Assembly (NCBI GenBank): GCA_964534125.1
Contig: CAZHOJ010000001.1
Span: forward strand, 689,484 to 753,483
Reading direction: 5' to 3'
DNA: 64,000 nt
Source: an uncultured Ignavibacteriaceae bacterium
GTDB lineage: Bacteria > Bacteroidota > Ignavibacteria > UBA10030
The notes below the pieces were generated by a model, which saw only the letters and a list, made by a program, of their open reading frames with translations, was not told where the DNA came from and made no database searches. Every line of letters starts with the position of its first letter. Within the stretch, counting starts at the first letter, position 1. Made by a program: the position numbers and the translations under genes. This document shows, one piece after another, positions 1-9,447 of this stretch.

Positions 1-2416
1 TGACCTCGACTGGATTGAGGACGGTCAGTTCGAGGTGCCCGGTGCCGATCCCGGATGTCACCGTGCTGAGGTCGCCATCCACCCCCGGCGGCACATAACC
101 CGCCGACGGAGCGTTGGGAGTGACCACTGCACAGTTGATGTCGACGAACTTGAGGACACCGTTGAAGTCCTCAGTGATGATCTTTGTGCATTCGGTCGGT
201 TGCAGACCGTTCGTCCCCTTGTTCGGATCTCCCATATCATAGGAGACAACCGCGTAGTAGTAGCGCATACCGTTCGTGACCGTCGAATCGATGTAGGTAT
301 GCTGCAGTCCGGTGTTGTTTCCCCGCCAGAAGTGGGCGCCGTTGATACCGACCGGATCGGGCCCCGCGATCGAATCGACGAGGTCGAACTGTGCGATGGG
401 TTTCCAGTACTTCGGGGAACCCTTGGAATCAGTGATCAGCTTGATATCGTTGAATTCCGCGTCGCTGCTCCTGTAGACCAGATATCCCTCGAAGTCCCGC
501 TTGTACCCCTTCGACGGATCGTTGGGGTCTTCCAGCCCCATGAACCGGTCGACGGATTGCTCAGCGATCGCGTCCCAGTACAAAAAGACGCGCCCGTCCC
601 CGGGAACGGCCGTGACGTGCGGCGTGTAGGGCGGTTTCGAGAAATTATAGTTCGCGTCGTAGATCTCCTGGACGGTCTCCTTGTTGAAGATGATGTCTTC
701 CAGGTCCTCACCAAAGGCCAGCGCCATCGAGAAGCGTTCGCGCCGTCCCTGTTTCAGCGGGAACGGACCGGATGAGAACACCATGCTGATGTTCGTATTG
801 TTCACGGTCGTATCGCGGAACCCGCTGTTCATCTTGTTCCACATCACGTCGTCATTCTTCGGCCATCCGCCGGTCGGTCCCTTGTCCGCCAGGATATACA
901 GGGCGACGGCCTGCAGCCCGATCTGGTCCGACTCGTCCTTGTCGGTTTGATCGAAGTTCGGCTCACCCGGCGTGGGAACACCGTCCGCCTCCCCCACGTC
1001 CGCCCCGGTCCATTGAAGGTCCTGCGGACCGACGCCATCCCGACCGAGATCGTCGTTCAGCGGCTCACCGATGTTCCAGTCCCCGCTGTTGTCGAGATCG
1101 GCGTAGGGGACCCAGTCGCCATCGTTGTCCACGCCGTCGTCACGGGTCTCGTCTACCATCCCGTCCTCGTCGTCATCGATCCCGTTTGTTGAATTTCCGG
1201 GGCTTTCCAGATAGGCGTACCCCACGTAGCCGGTCTTCCAGTTGTCCGGCGTGCCCGTTCCCTGGGGGTTCCAGGCATACGCCAGGTCCAGCCGCGTATC
1301 GTAGCGTCCGCTGTTCCCGCTGTTGTTCGTCCCGCCGACACCGGGATCGGTATAGAACCCGAAGCAGGTCGTGTCGTGGTCCCAATCGGAGATGTTCACA
1401 ATATCATAGTGCCAGAAGACGATATCCTCTGCGAGCACGTGCGACCACTGGAAACCGCGGACCTCGACGCGAACGCCGATCCCGCCATGGGTCGAATCGC
1501 CGGAGAGCGGATAGTAGTTGAATGGAGGACGGGTGAACTCTTTGTCCTTTGAGTCGTCCATCACAAAAAAGGTCTCGAAGTCGGAGTTCGTGACGCCCCG
1601 GCCGAAGTATCCGTACCAGAATCCGTCCCATTCCGGCGTCAGGCCCAGCGCCTGCGGCCAAGCGTTTGGAATGGTTGACGTGTCTTTGTTGATGGCCGGA
1701 CGCGTCGCTGACGGCTTGGCGTACCCCGGTACCGGCTCGAGCACCCAGAGCTCGCGCGTGATCGGGTCCTGATCGACCTCTTCCCTGTATGCCGCCAGGA
1801 CGGGCGTCACGACCCTGTTGTTCCCGGGTGCGAGGACCTTCGCACCGATCAGCACGGAGACACCGTCGAGGTAGGAATGGTTGGTCCCCTTCGGCCAGAT
1901 CCCGGACGGCTGGAAGGGCCAGTGCCCCACTTCGCCGTTGTTGTTGAAGAGGGTAAGGACCTGGTTCCCGTCCATCACCCCTTCCTTCCGATACTGCACG
2001 TTCCCTTTCGCGTCACTCCGGTACGGGACGATAGAGGCGGGAACGGTCGCCTGCCCCGTACCGGAGACGGACAGATGGCCCGTGAATGACGGGTCATTTG
2101 TAACAAGCCCGACGCTCCCCGTATCGGGGCCGACGAGGCGCGGGCGCATGACGAGGGTCATCGCGACAGAATCGCCCGCTGCGACGATCGCCGTGAGCGG
2201 TGAGACCGACATCGCAGGATTCGTGGACGTGAATCCCGTGACCTGCAGCGCCGCATTGCCGCCGTTGGCGACGTAGAATGTCTGCTGTGACGCAGTGTTC
2301 AACGGGATGGTCCCAAAACCGACCGAGGTCGGGCTGAATCGTCCCTGTGGCTGCGCGAAGAGCACCGTGCCCGACACCATAAGTGCCGCTGCGCCGACGA
2401 ACCTTGTAAAGACCAT
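1..2416 (-). CDS. Secreted Ca-binding protein with thrombospondin-type-3-like acidic repeats and Ig/ASH-like domains; N-terminal ~805 aa only, C-terminus lies beyond the window start
   Basis: Minus-strand frame is open from ATG at 2416..2414 (AGGAG 11 nt upstream) to the window edge. It is missing from the ORF track, apparently because it has no in-window stop; the other two minus frames carry only short ORFs. Hand translation starts MVFTRFVGAAALMVSGTVLFAQP (signal peptide) and contains a DDDEDGMVDETRDDGVDNDGDW...DLDNSGDW acidic D-x-D-x-D-G repeat block. Confidence 0.55.
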   Translation of the reverse strand, partial: MVFTRFVGAAALMVSGTVLFAQPQGRFSPTSVGFGTIPLNTASQQTFYVANGGNAALQVTGFTSTNPAMSVSPLTAIVAAGDSVAMTLVMRPRLVGPDTGSVGLVTNDPSFTGHLSVSGTGQATVPASIVPYRSDAKGNVQYRKEGVMDGNQVLTLFNNNGEVGHWPFQPSGIWPKGTNHSYLDGVSVLIGAKVLAPGNNRVVTPVLAAYREEVDQDPITRELWVLEPVPGYAKPSATRPAINKDTSTIPNAWPQALGLTPEWDGFWYGYFGRGVTNSDFETFFVMDDSKDKEFTRPPFNYYPLSGDSTHGGIGVRVEVRGFQWSHVLAEDIVFWHYDIVNISDWDHDTTCFGFYTDPGVGGTNNSGNSGRYDTRLDLAYAWNPQGTGTPDNWKTGYVGYAYLESPGNSTNGIDDDEDGMVDETRDDGVDNDGDWVPYADLDNSGDWNIGEPLNDDLGRDGVGPQDLQWTGADVGEADGVPTPGEPNFDQTDKDESDQIGLQAVALYILADKGPTGGWPKNDDVMWNKMNSGFRDTTVNNTNISMVFSSGPFPLKQGRRERFSMALAFGEDLEDIIFNKETVQEIYDANYNFSKPPYTPHVTAVPGDGRVFLYWDAIAEQSVDRFMGLEDPNDPSKGYKRDFEGYLVYRSSDAEFNDIKLITDSKGSPKYWKPIAQFDLVDSIAGPDPVGINGAHFWRGNNTGLQHTYIDSTVTNGMRYYYAVVSYDMGDPNKGTNGLQPTECTKIITEDFNGVLKFVDINCAVVTPNAPSAGYVPPGVDGDLSTVTSGIGTGHLELTVLNPVEV

Positions 2417-2452
2417 TACGCTACACTCCTCGAAGTCACGTTCTGTTGCATG

Positions 2453-5179
2453 CTAGAAATTCAACGACATCCCGATGCGGATCTGCCGCGGTGCGGAGAA
2501 GTTCGCCGGATTGTTCACATATTCGTCGATCGTGTTCAGACCGATCAGCCGTCCTGCCTGATACGTGAACAGATCGATGTTCGCCCGGCCGCTCGCAGCA
2601 TCTACGTTGACCTCGTTCTTCGTGTCCAGGAGGTTGTACACGAGGGCAAAGACACTCACTTGAATGCCCGCGAACGAGATGGACTTGTCGGCCCGTAGGT
2701 CGACATTGAACGTGGATGGTCTGCGGCCGCCGTTCTCGAACCGAAGGCCGTTCGAGACACGAATATCCTCCGTATACGGGAACCCTGTCCCGTACTGCAT
2801 GATGGTACCGACGGTCCAGTCCCCGGGCTCTCCGACGGTCAGGGAGAGACTGAGGGTCGATCGCTGGTCCCAATTGAGCGGCACGACCTTCTTATTGGTC
2901 TCGACGGGCGGATCGCTCTGATTGTTCTGATACTCCGCATATGGGTCGGACGCGTTCCCTTCAGCGAGCTGATACGTGTAATCGAACCGGACGCTGTAGA
3001 AGTCCTGGAACCGCTTTTCCAGGGAGAGAATGAAGCCCTTGATGTTGCCGTAGTCCCTGTTGATGAAGCGGGCGTAGCGGAATCCCTCGTAGGTGTTGAT
3101 GATCTCCATCCCGAGAAGGTTCCTGATATCACGCGAATAGACCGAGAAATCCAGCCCGATGACACCAAACAGCACCTGCTGCAGGCCGAGCTCGTACATG
3201 ACCGTCCGCTGCGCCTCGAGATCCGGATTGCCGAGGATGCTGGAGAGCGAACTGCCGGGAGTGACCAGGTAGTCCGAGTTCACATACAGGTTCTCGAAGC
3301 TCGGGATCTGGAAGAAATGGCCGTATGAGAAATGGATGATACCTTCGTCGGTGATCGGGAACGAGATACCGAACCGGGGACTCACCTGGAGCTTCGCTTT
3401 CGCTTTTTTGAACGTGTTCGCGTTCGGAAAGAGCGTGTTTCCCGATGGATTGCGCAGGTCGAGCGGATAGGACGAGCGGGGGTCGAAGTAGTCGAACCGG
3501 ACACCCGCATTGATGATCATGATGTCATATTCCATCTTATCCTGGATATAGGCCGAGACCTCATAGGGCTGCTTGAAATAGTCCTGGTTCCCGAGGGTTC
3601 CCGGGTTCGGATACCCGATCTCGAAGATGAGCGCACCGGAGCTGTCGGTCTCGACCGTGTTCCGGTTCATGATGTCCATTCCGTGGGCATAGATGTTATG
3701 CTTCCGCCCTTCGATGCCGAGACCGATCTTGTGCCGTGTGGTGATCTGAGAGTTCAGCTGCCACTGCCCGATGAACGTCTCCGAATATCGATCGTACCGT
3801 CCGCCGTGGTTCCCGCCGGACCGGTACGTGTAGTTCGAGATCGGCGAGCCCTGGTACGGATCCACGTACCGGGCGTCGTACGGATCCTCGTAGAGGTATC
3901 CTTCGTACTCGAACTTGTTGTACCCGAACTTCAGCGACGTGTACGTGTCATTGCTGAGCATGTACGTGGTCTGAAGCGTATGAATGGTGCTCGTGCGGTA
4001 ATGATTGGTGATCCCGTCCGGCACCCAGCGGAAGGAGTGGTCGTAATACTTGTTCCAGTTGTCATCCCAAAAGATGCCGTAGCTGATCTTCAGGTTCTCG
4101 CGTGAATAGGTGATCTTGCCGTTCGCGGAACGGCGTCTGCCGGTATTCATTGCAACGAACGCTGAGTCGCCGGAATGCGGCGTCAGGTACGCCGGATCGC
4201 CGTTGGCATCCAGGATGGGATTTCCGAGCGGATCGCGGAGCTGGATCGGTGACGGATCGGTGGTGTTGTAGATCCTCCGGCCGTAGAGGTGACCTCCCTC
4301 GAACAGGTACCTTCCTGTCGCATAGAATGAAAGCCCTTCAATGATCGGGATCGGCCCCGTCAGCATCAGCTGAAGATTGCGGGTCCGCATCTCGGACAGC
4401 GATCCGATATTGTCGAAGACGTCGGTGTGGGCCGTGATAAAATCGCCGGCGTATGCCGACACGGAGCCATGCAGGTCACGGGACCCTTCCTGTGTCACGA
4501 TATTCACCACTCCGGACATCGCTTGCCCGTATTCCGCATTGAACGTACCGCTGATAACCTCCATCTCGCGGATGGATGAGTTGTCGATCTCGATGCTTCG
4601 CTGGTTGTTGTACGGGTCGTTCACGGCGACGCCGTCGATGAGGTAGGCAACCTCGTTCGAGCGGCCGCCCCTGAAATGCCCGCCGACAACGCCGGCCTGG
4701 ATATTGACCACTTGGCCGATGTTCTCGGTGGGGATCCGTTTCAGTTCGTCCGCGGAGACGGTCACGGAGGTGGAGGTCAGGTCACGCTGGACCAGAGGCC
4801 GTTCGGCCTGCACGATGACCTCTTCGCCTTCGACCATTGCTGAGTTCATCTCGACGTCGAGCTTCGTCGTCAGATCGATCTTTACCACTACGTCCTGCAC
4901 GATCGTCCTTCCGTAGCCGACGTAGGTCACGACAACGGTATACGTTCCCGGAGGAATGTTCTGGACCGCATAGAACCCGTCCGTATCCGTCGAAGCGCCC
5001 AGATACGTCCCCTGGAGGGCCACATTGGCGCCGATGAGCGGTTCACCGGTATCCGCATCCTTCACGGTTCCGGCGATCTTGCCGGTCGTCCCGGCCATCA
5101 TTAGGACCGGCAGCAGAAGGATCAGAAGAATGATCGTCAGGGTGTTCCTGCATCGTCTCATGATGTGTATCCAGGTCAT
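2453..5179 (-). CDS. TonB-dependent outer-membrane receptor (CarboxypepD_reg-like N-domain + plug + 22-strand barrel); no cognate SusD
   Basis: 908 aa with signal peptide. N-terminus GTTGKIAGTVKDADTGEPLIGANVALQG...GFYAVQNIPPGTYTVVVTYVGY (carboxypeptidase regulatory-like fold), a plug region (EVIVQAERPL..DLTSTSVTV..IPT) and C-terminal aromatic residue F. An alternative start at Met7 (5161) is possible. Confidence 0.85.
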   Translation of the reverse strand: MTWIHIMRRCRNTLTIILLILLLPVLMMAGTTGKIAGTVKDADTGEPLIGANVALQGTYLGASTDTDGFYAVQNIPPGTYTVVVTYVGYGRTIVQDVVVKIDLTTKLDVEMNSAMVEGEEVIVQAERPLVQRDLTSTSVTVSADELKRIPTENIGQVVNIQAGVVGGHFRGGRSNEVAYLIDGVAVNDPYNNQRSIEIDNSSIREMEVISGTFNAEYGQAMSGVVNIVTQEGSRDLHGSVSAYAGDFITAHTDVFDNIGSLSEMRTRNLQLMLTGPIPIIEGLSFYATGRYLFEGGHLYGRRIYNTTDPSPIQLRDPLGNPILDANGDPAYLTPHSGDSAFVAMNTGRRRSANGKITYSRENLKISYGIFWDDNWNKYYDHSFRWVPDGITNHYRTSTIHTLQTTYMLSNDTYTSLKFGYNKFEYEGYLYEDPYDARYVDPYQGSPISNYTYRSGGNHGGRYDRYSETFIGQWQLNSQITTRHKIGLGIEGRKHNIYAHGMDIMNRNTVETDSSGALIFEIGYPNPGTLGNQDYFKQPYEVSAYIQDKMEYDIMIINAGVRFDYFDPRSSYPLDLRNPSGNTLFPNANTFKKAKAKLQVSPRFGISFPITDEGIIHFSYGHFFQIPSFENLYVNSDYLVTPGSSLSSILGNPDLEAQRTVMYELGLQQVLFGVIGLDFSVYSRDIRNLLGMEIINTYEGFRYARFINRDYGNIKGFILSLEKRFQDFYSVRFDYTYQLAEGNASDPYAEYQNNQSDPPVETNKKVVPLNWDQRSTLSLSLTVGEPGDWTVGTIMQYGTGFPYTEDIRVSNGLRFENGGRRPSTFNVDLRADKSISFAGIQVSVFALVYNLLDTKNEVNVDAASGRANIDLFTYQAGRLIGLNTIDEYVNNPANFSAPRQIRIGMSLNF

Positions 5180-5247
5180 CTATTACGTGGGGTCAGAGCT
5201 CGAAAAGAACGGCGGGGTGCGGTGAGACCGCACCCCGCCGAAGGGTC

Positions 5248-7758
5248 TTACTTGAGGAGCACCATCTTCTTGATGGAGGTGAACTCCCCTGCATCCAGAC
5301 GGTAGAAATACACGCCGGTCGACATCAGACCGGTGATCTCCCGCGTATTGAAGGTGGCCGTATAGCTGCCGGCCTCCTGATGCGTATCGACCAACGTCGC
5401 AACCTCACGGCCAACGAGGTCATACACGCGCAGCGTCACGCGACCAGCCTTCTCCAGGCTGTAGCGGATCTGCGTCGAGGGGTTGAACGGGTTCGGATAG
5501 TTCTGGCTCAGCACATACCGCTGCGGCGTCGCATCGGTCTGTTCCACGCTGGTCGTGGGCTTCCAGAGATCTCCGATCCAGGTGTAGGTCCAATTGTACA
5601 TGTTCTGCCACGAGTTGTCCTGATTGAACACCGAGTACGCCAGGATCCCCTCGCGGCTGCTTCCGTCGTTGTCGTTGATCGCGAAATCGATCGGAAGCCG
5701 CTTCCCTTCTTCCGGATGGAAGCGGGCGGCTGTTTTGGACGTATGCTTTGCCGCCAGCGAGTCCAGCGAGAGCTTCGCTTCGACGACGTATCCGGCCTCC
5801 AGGGACTTCTCGACGTAGGCATAGTCGACCGAATCCGCTCCGCGCAGATACGGGACTCCGCCGTTGTCGTCGAACATCTCATTGGAGTTGAACCGGAAAT
5901 GATAGTCCGGGGTCGTTCCGCCACGGTAACCGGAGTGACGGCGCGTGCGCCAGTCATACAGGCCGATGAACAGGTCCGGAGCGTCCTTCTCCCAGGAATT
6001 GTTGGAGTTCTGGCTGACGAGATTGTCTGTGACATCGAAAGCCACGTACAGGTAATCCGCATCGAAGGCCACGTATGCTTTTGCCGACAGATCACCATCG
6101 TTGTCGATGGTCATGTTCGGCGTGACATGGGCGGTCAGGGAATCCTTGGAGATCAGGAAATAGGTCATGCCTGCCCATTCGGAGAGGTTTCCGTCTGCCG
6201 TGAAGTTCGCAGGGGCCGTCTTGTTGATGGTCGGCACGCCCTTCGCCAGCGTCGTCGTTGCCGTCGCGCTGACATGAAGCGGGCTCTCGTTCCCCGCCGC
6301 ATCCGTCGCCATCACGCCATAGTAGAGCGAGACGTTCTGGTCGGTGTTGGGTGAACGGAGCAGATGCGTGAACGATTGCGTCCCCGCAGGAAGGTTGTAT
6401 CCGCCCGTCGGATCGGGAGCATCCTCGACGCCGGGGTCATCCAGCGACGTGAACACATTCTCGCTCCAATACACGTTGTATTTTGCCTCGGACTCGTTCG
6501 GCGTGTCAGTCCAGGTGATAAGGTTCTGGAACGCACCGCCCGTCGCCGAAATACCCGTCGGGGCATCCGGGGCGATCACATCGAACACAGGACTTCCGGT
6601 CCACCAGTCTGTAATGTAAATGACGCGCCCTTCGATTCCATTCCCTTCAGCCATGAACTGCGCGACCGATATTGCGGATGAATCGAAGTTTGAAGTCCCG
6701 TCCTGGTAGTCAAGCTCTCTCAATGCAAAGGCATAGTCATGCCATGAACCGTCCGCCGTGGGTACGAATTTCTTGCCAATCTTGGCGGTCCCATCCTCAA
6801 GTTGCATCCGAATCTCGCCAACCGCAGAATCGAGCTTCATCTTGAACTTGATGCTATCGGTAGGCCAAGAACCTGCCAGATTAATCGCCGGAGAAACGTT
6901 CCAACCAGCACCTGTCCAGCCATTGCCCTGTGTCCATTTCAACGCATTCGTCTTTGGCAGCGGACCAGCATTCTCTTCGAGCACAATACTTGCCCCCCAG
7001 CTGAAATAGCCCGAGGCAAGATTGCCACTCAGTGCTTTTCCATTAAAGAAGACAAATGGAACCGAACGTATACCGAACCTTGTGAACGCATCGAACAGGA
7101 TCGTCGTCGAGTCAGCGGGGATATTGTTCGGATCGGTCCATCCGGTGGTGACGATCCCGAACGTGAACTGCGTGATCTTGTCCCTGTCCAGCTTCCTGTT
7201 GTTCCAGGTGAAACCACCCCAGCCGGAAGGGGCGACGACAAACCCGTCGGCGTTCGGGACAGTTCCACCGTCCGACACACGCTCGATGAGCGGAACGCGA
7301 AGATTGATCCACCCATTAGTACTATCGATCACCGTCGTGTTCTCGTAGATATATTCCTCCCAGGCACCGGCAACAGAGTCTCTGATCTGGATACGGAAGA
7401 CGAGGTACTCAGGATGCTTCGGGACTTCGGTGACCTTGATCCAGACGCTGAGGGATTCGCTCAGGCTCCAGTCCCAGAATGTCCCGGACTCGGCAACGTA
7501 GGCGACGTTGCTGTACGACCCCCACGGATGGAACGCGCCGATGACCGACCGGACCTTCAGAGCCGACGTGCCTTCCTGTTTGTCCGTCGTCTCGGCGGTC
7601 AGGACAATGGAACTTGGCGCGCCTTCATCGCTGGTCACGTAGATCGTGTCCGGTTTTGCATGTTCAAAATTGTCGATGGCAACCTCGAACGGATTCTGCG
7701 CCATGACGGGCAGAGCGAGGACAACCAGAGCGACAAGGAGAAACTGTATCATCCGCAT
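5248..7758 (-). CDS. T9SS C-terminal-sorting-domain surface protein with FN3-like and CBM9-like carbohydrate-binding modules
   Basis: 836 aa. Signal peptide MRMIQFLLVALVVLALPVMAQ with GGAGG 8 nt upstream. C-terminal ~80 aa NYPNPFNPSTQIRYSLEKAGRVTLRVYDLVGREVATLV...GVYFYRLDAGEFTSIKKMVLLK is a typical Por/T9SS secretion tail. An FN3-like segment (PDAPTGISATGG..YNVYWSE) and a CBM9-like block (FAINDNDGSSREGILAYSVF) are present. Confidence 0.8.
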   Translation of the reverse strand: MRMIQFLLVALVVLALPVMAQNPFEVAIDNFEHAKPDTIYVTSDEGAPSSIVLTAETTDKQEGTSALKVRSVIGAFHPWGSYSNVAYVAESGTFWDWSLSESLSVWIKVTEVPKHPEYLVFRIQIRDSVAGAWEEYIYENTTVIDSTNGWINLRVPLIERVSDGGTVPNADGFVVAPSGWGGFTWNNRKLDRDKITQFTFGIVTTGWTDPNNIPADSTTILFDAFTRFGIRSVPFVFFNGKALSGNLASGYFSWGASIVLEENAGPLPKTNALKWTQGNGWTGAGWNVSPAINLAGSWPTDSIKFKMKLDSAVGEIRMQLEDGTAKIGKKFVPTADGSWHDYAFALRELDYQDGTSNFDSSAISVAQFMAEGNGIEGRVIYITDWWTGSPVFDVIAPDAPTGISATGGAFQNLITWTDTPNESEAKYNVYWSENVFTSLDDPGVEDAPDPTGGYNLPAGTQSFTHLLRSPNTDQNVSLYYGVMATDAAGNESPLHVSATATTTLAKGVPTINKTAPANFTADGNLSEWAGMTYFLISKDSLTAHVTPNMTIDNDGDLSAKAYVAFDADYLYVAFDVTDNLVSQNSNNSWEKDAPDLFIGLYDWRTRRHSGYRGGTTPDYHFRFNSNEMFDDNGGVPYLRGADSVDYAYVEKSLEAGYVVEAKLSLDSLAAKHTSKTAARFHPEEGKRLPIDFAINDNDGSSREGILAYSVFNQDNSWQNMYNWTYTWIGDLWKPTTSVEQTDATPQRYVLSQNYPNPFNPSTQIRYSLEKAGRVTLRVYDLVGREVATLVDTHQEAGSYTATFNTREITGLMSTGVYFYRLDAGEFTSIKKMVLLK

Positions 7759-7868
7759 GGTGATACCTCCGGTATGTGAATGAATGATGGGTGAGTTTCT
7801 GATTGCCGAGCCAGCCGGAAAGAAAAACCCTTGGATGGCAGCAACGGATGTGTTGTCGCAATTGACAA

Positions 7869-7885
7869 CGCAATAGACGTGCCGC
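7869..7885 (-). promoter_or_regulatory. Putative sigma-54 (-24/-12) promoter for the T9SS-protein/TonB-receptor operon
   Basis: The minus strand reads GCGGCACGTCTATTGCG, with GG and GC spaced exactly as in the consensus TGGCACG-N4-TTGCW. It sits about 110 nt upstream of the ATG at 7758 and immediately downstream of an NtrC-type activator gene. A perfect inverted repeat TTGTC-GCAATT-GACAA (7853..7868) abuts the -12 element. Confidence 0.45.
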
Positions 7886-7986
7886 TGTTATTTTATTCAA
7901 TTTTAGGGGTTTTTCGCGGAATTCGCTATCAGAATGATAACGATTGACGCGGGGGAGTGCAAATTCTGATAACGCAGCTGGGGGAG

Positions 7987-9444
7987 CTACTTGAGGCCAA
8001 GTTCCTTGCCAAGGCGATGATAGTTTGACCGGGCCAATCCGAGCTTTCGCGCAGCTTCTGCGTCGGATGAGGAGTGATCGCGGATAAAAGTGATGTATTT
8101 GATACGGAACTGCCGCTCCATCTCACGAAGGGTCACGACATCCGATCCCGCAGCAAAGAACAGCGCATCCCGGAGATGCCCCGCAGGGAGGGACGGATCG
8201 AGTGCCAGCACCTCCTTGACGGTCGTTTCTGTGATTCTGTCGATACCCATCAGCAGGACCCGCTGTACGGCGTTCTTCAATTCACGCACGTTCCCCGGCC
8301 AGGGATACATCTGGAGGACCTGCAGAGCCGCTTCGTCCGTTATGGGTGCCTGGACGCCAACTTCTGTGCTCATCTGTCTCAGAAAATGCTCCCACAGCAC
8401 GAGCACGTCCTCCGGCCGGTCCTTGAGGTCTGTGACATGCACCGGCAGAACGTTCAGACGGTAGAAGAGGTCCTCACGGAACCGTCCTGCCAGGACCTCC
8501 TGATGCAGGTTCTTGTTCGTGGCCGCGATGATGCGAACGTCCACTTTGACCCTGTCTGTCCGCCCGATCTTCTCGATCTCCCCCTCCTGAATGACACGCA
8601 GGAGCTTCACCTGCGCCGCAAGCGGGAGTTCGCCGATCTCGTCCAGGAATAGCGTCCCGTGATGCGCGACCTCGAAGAGGCCCTGCTTCGAACGGTCCGC
8701 GCCTGTGAAGGCCCCTTTCTCATACCCGAAGAGCTCGCTTTCGATCAGGTCGTCCGGTATCCCTCCGCAATTGATCGGCACGAACTGTTCGAGTTTCCGG
8801 TTGCTCTCATAATGGATATGCGTCGCAACGAGCTCCTTGCCCACTCCGGAGGAACCGGAAATCAGGACCGGAGCATCGGATGTCGCAAGCTGCGAGATTG
8901 TTCCGCGCACTTTCTGCGTCTGACCGGATATCCCGAGGATCTTCGCCCGCGTGACCCGTTCTTCCGCATAGCGTAGCAGTTTGCGCTCTGACCTCGAGCG
9001 TTCGTTCTCGAGGACCTTCTTCTCATATGCATTCAGGATGCTGATGACAAAATCGGTCGGCTGATAGATGTACTCTTCGATATCGGTGGGATACTTCGTG
9101 CAATACCAGTACGCTCCGGACTTGAGGAGGCTGTTCGCGAAGTCGTAGTCTGTGATGTTGATCGTCATCTTGGTGACGACGATGATCTGCAGCGAATGCG
9201 ATATCTTCTTGATGGCCCGGATGAGCGGCGCCCCCATCAGGCCGCCGGACAGCTGCAGGTCCATGATGACGATATCATACTGGTCTTTCTTCCTCTCCAG
9301 CAGGGCAAGTGCCTCGTCGCCGTTCGACACGATGTCGCGTATCTGGATACTGTCCCCGAATACCTTGAGCGTGTTCCGGATCCGGTAGACGTCGAAATCC
9401 TCATCCTCGATCAGCAGCAGCCGTATGGTCGCATCGGTCAGCAT
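7987..9444 (-). CDS. Sigma-54-dependent response regulator (NtrC family: receiver + AAA+ sigma-54 interaction domain + HTH)
   Basis: 485 aa. Receiver region with IMDLQ (acceptor Asp present). Walker A GSSGVGKE, the GAFTGA motif (ESELFGYEKGAFTGA), Walker B LFLDEIGELP and a C-terminal Fis-type HTH. ATG at 9444 lies 3 nt after the kinase stop. Confidence 0.85.
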   Translation of the reverse strand: MLTDATIRLLLIEDEDFDVYRIRNTLKVFGDSIQIRDIVSNGDEALALLERKKDQYDIVIMDLQLSGGLMGAPLIRAIKKISHSLQIIVVTKMTINITDYDFANSLLKSGAYWYCTKYPTDIEEYIYQPTDFVISILNAYEKKVLENERSRSERKLLRYAEERVTRAKILGISGQTQKVRGTISQLATSDAPVLISGSSGVGKELVATHIHYESNRKLEQFVPINCGGIPDDLIESELFGYEKGAFTGADRSKQGLFEVAHHGTLFLDEIGELPLAAQVKLLRVIQEGEIEKIGRTDRVKVDVRIIAATNKNLHQEVLAGRFREDLFYRLNVLPVHVTDLKDRPEDVLVLWEHFLRQMSTEVGVQAPITDEAALQVLQMYPWPGNVRELKNAVQRVLLMGIDRITETTVKEVLALDPSLPAGHLRDALFFAAGSDVVTLREMERQFRIKYITFIRDHSSSDAEAARKLGLARSNYHRLGKELGLK

Positions 9445-9447
9445 GTC

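Noticed and set aside
35-775. 246-aa plus-strand ORF at the window start, plus other short ORFs in 1..2420
   Set aside because: It is antisense to a long minus-strand frame that stays open to the window edge. That frame has a signal peptide and TSP3 repeats. High-GC antisense frames commonly stay open.
5380-6354. 324-aa plus-strand ORF, and similar ORFs at 6802..7779, 9574..10818, 18136..19137, 50544..51272, 51562..52368, 58557..59363, 59400..60014, 60690..61298 and 61509..62339
   Set aside because: All lie fully inside well-supported opposite-strand genes (T9SS protein, kinase, SusC, pyk, sirtuin/acylase, amidohydrolase, cysS, recN). They show Arg/Pro/Gly-rich low-complexity translations typical of GC-rich antisense frames.
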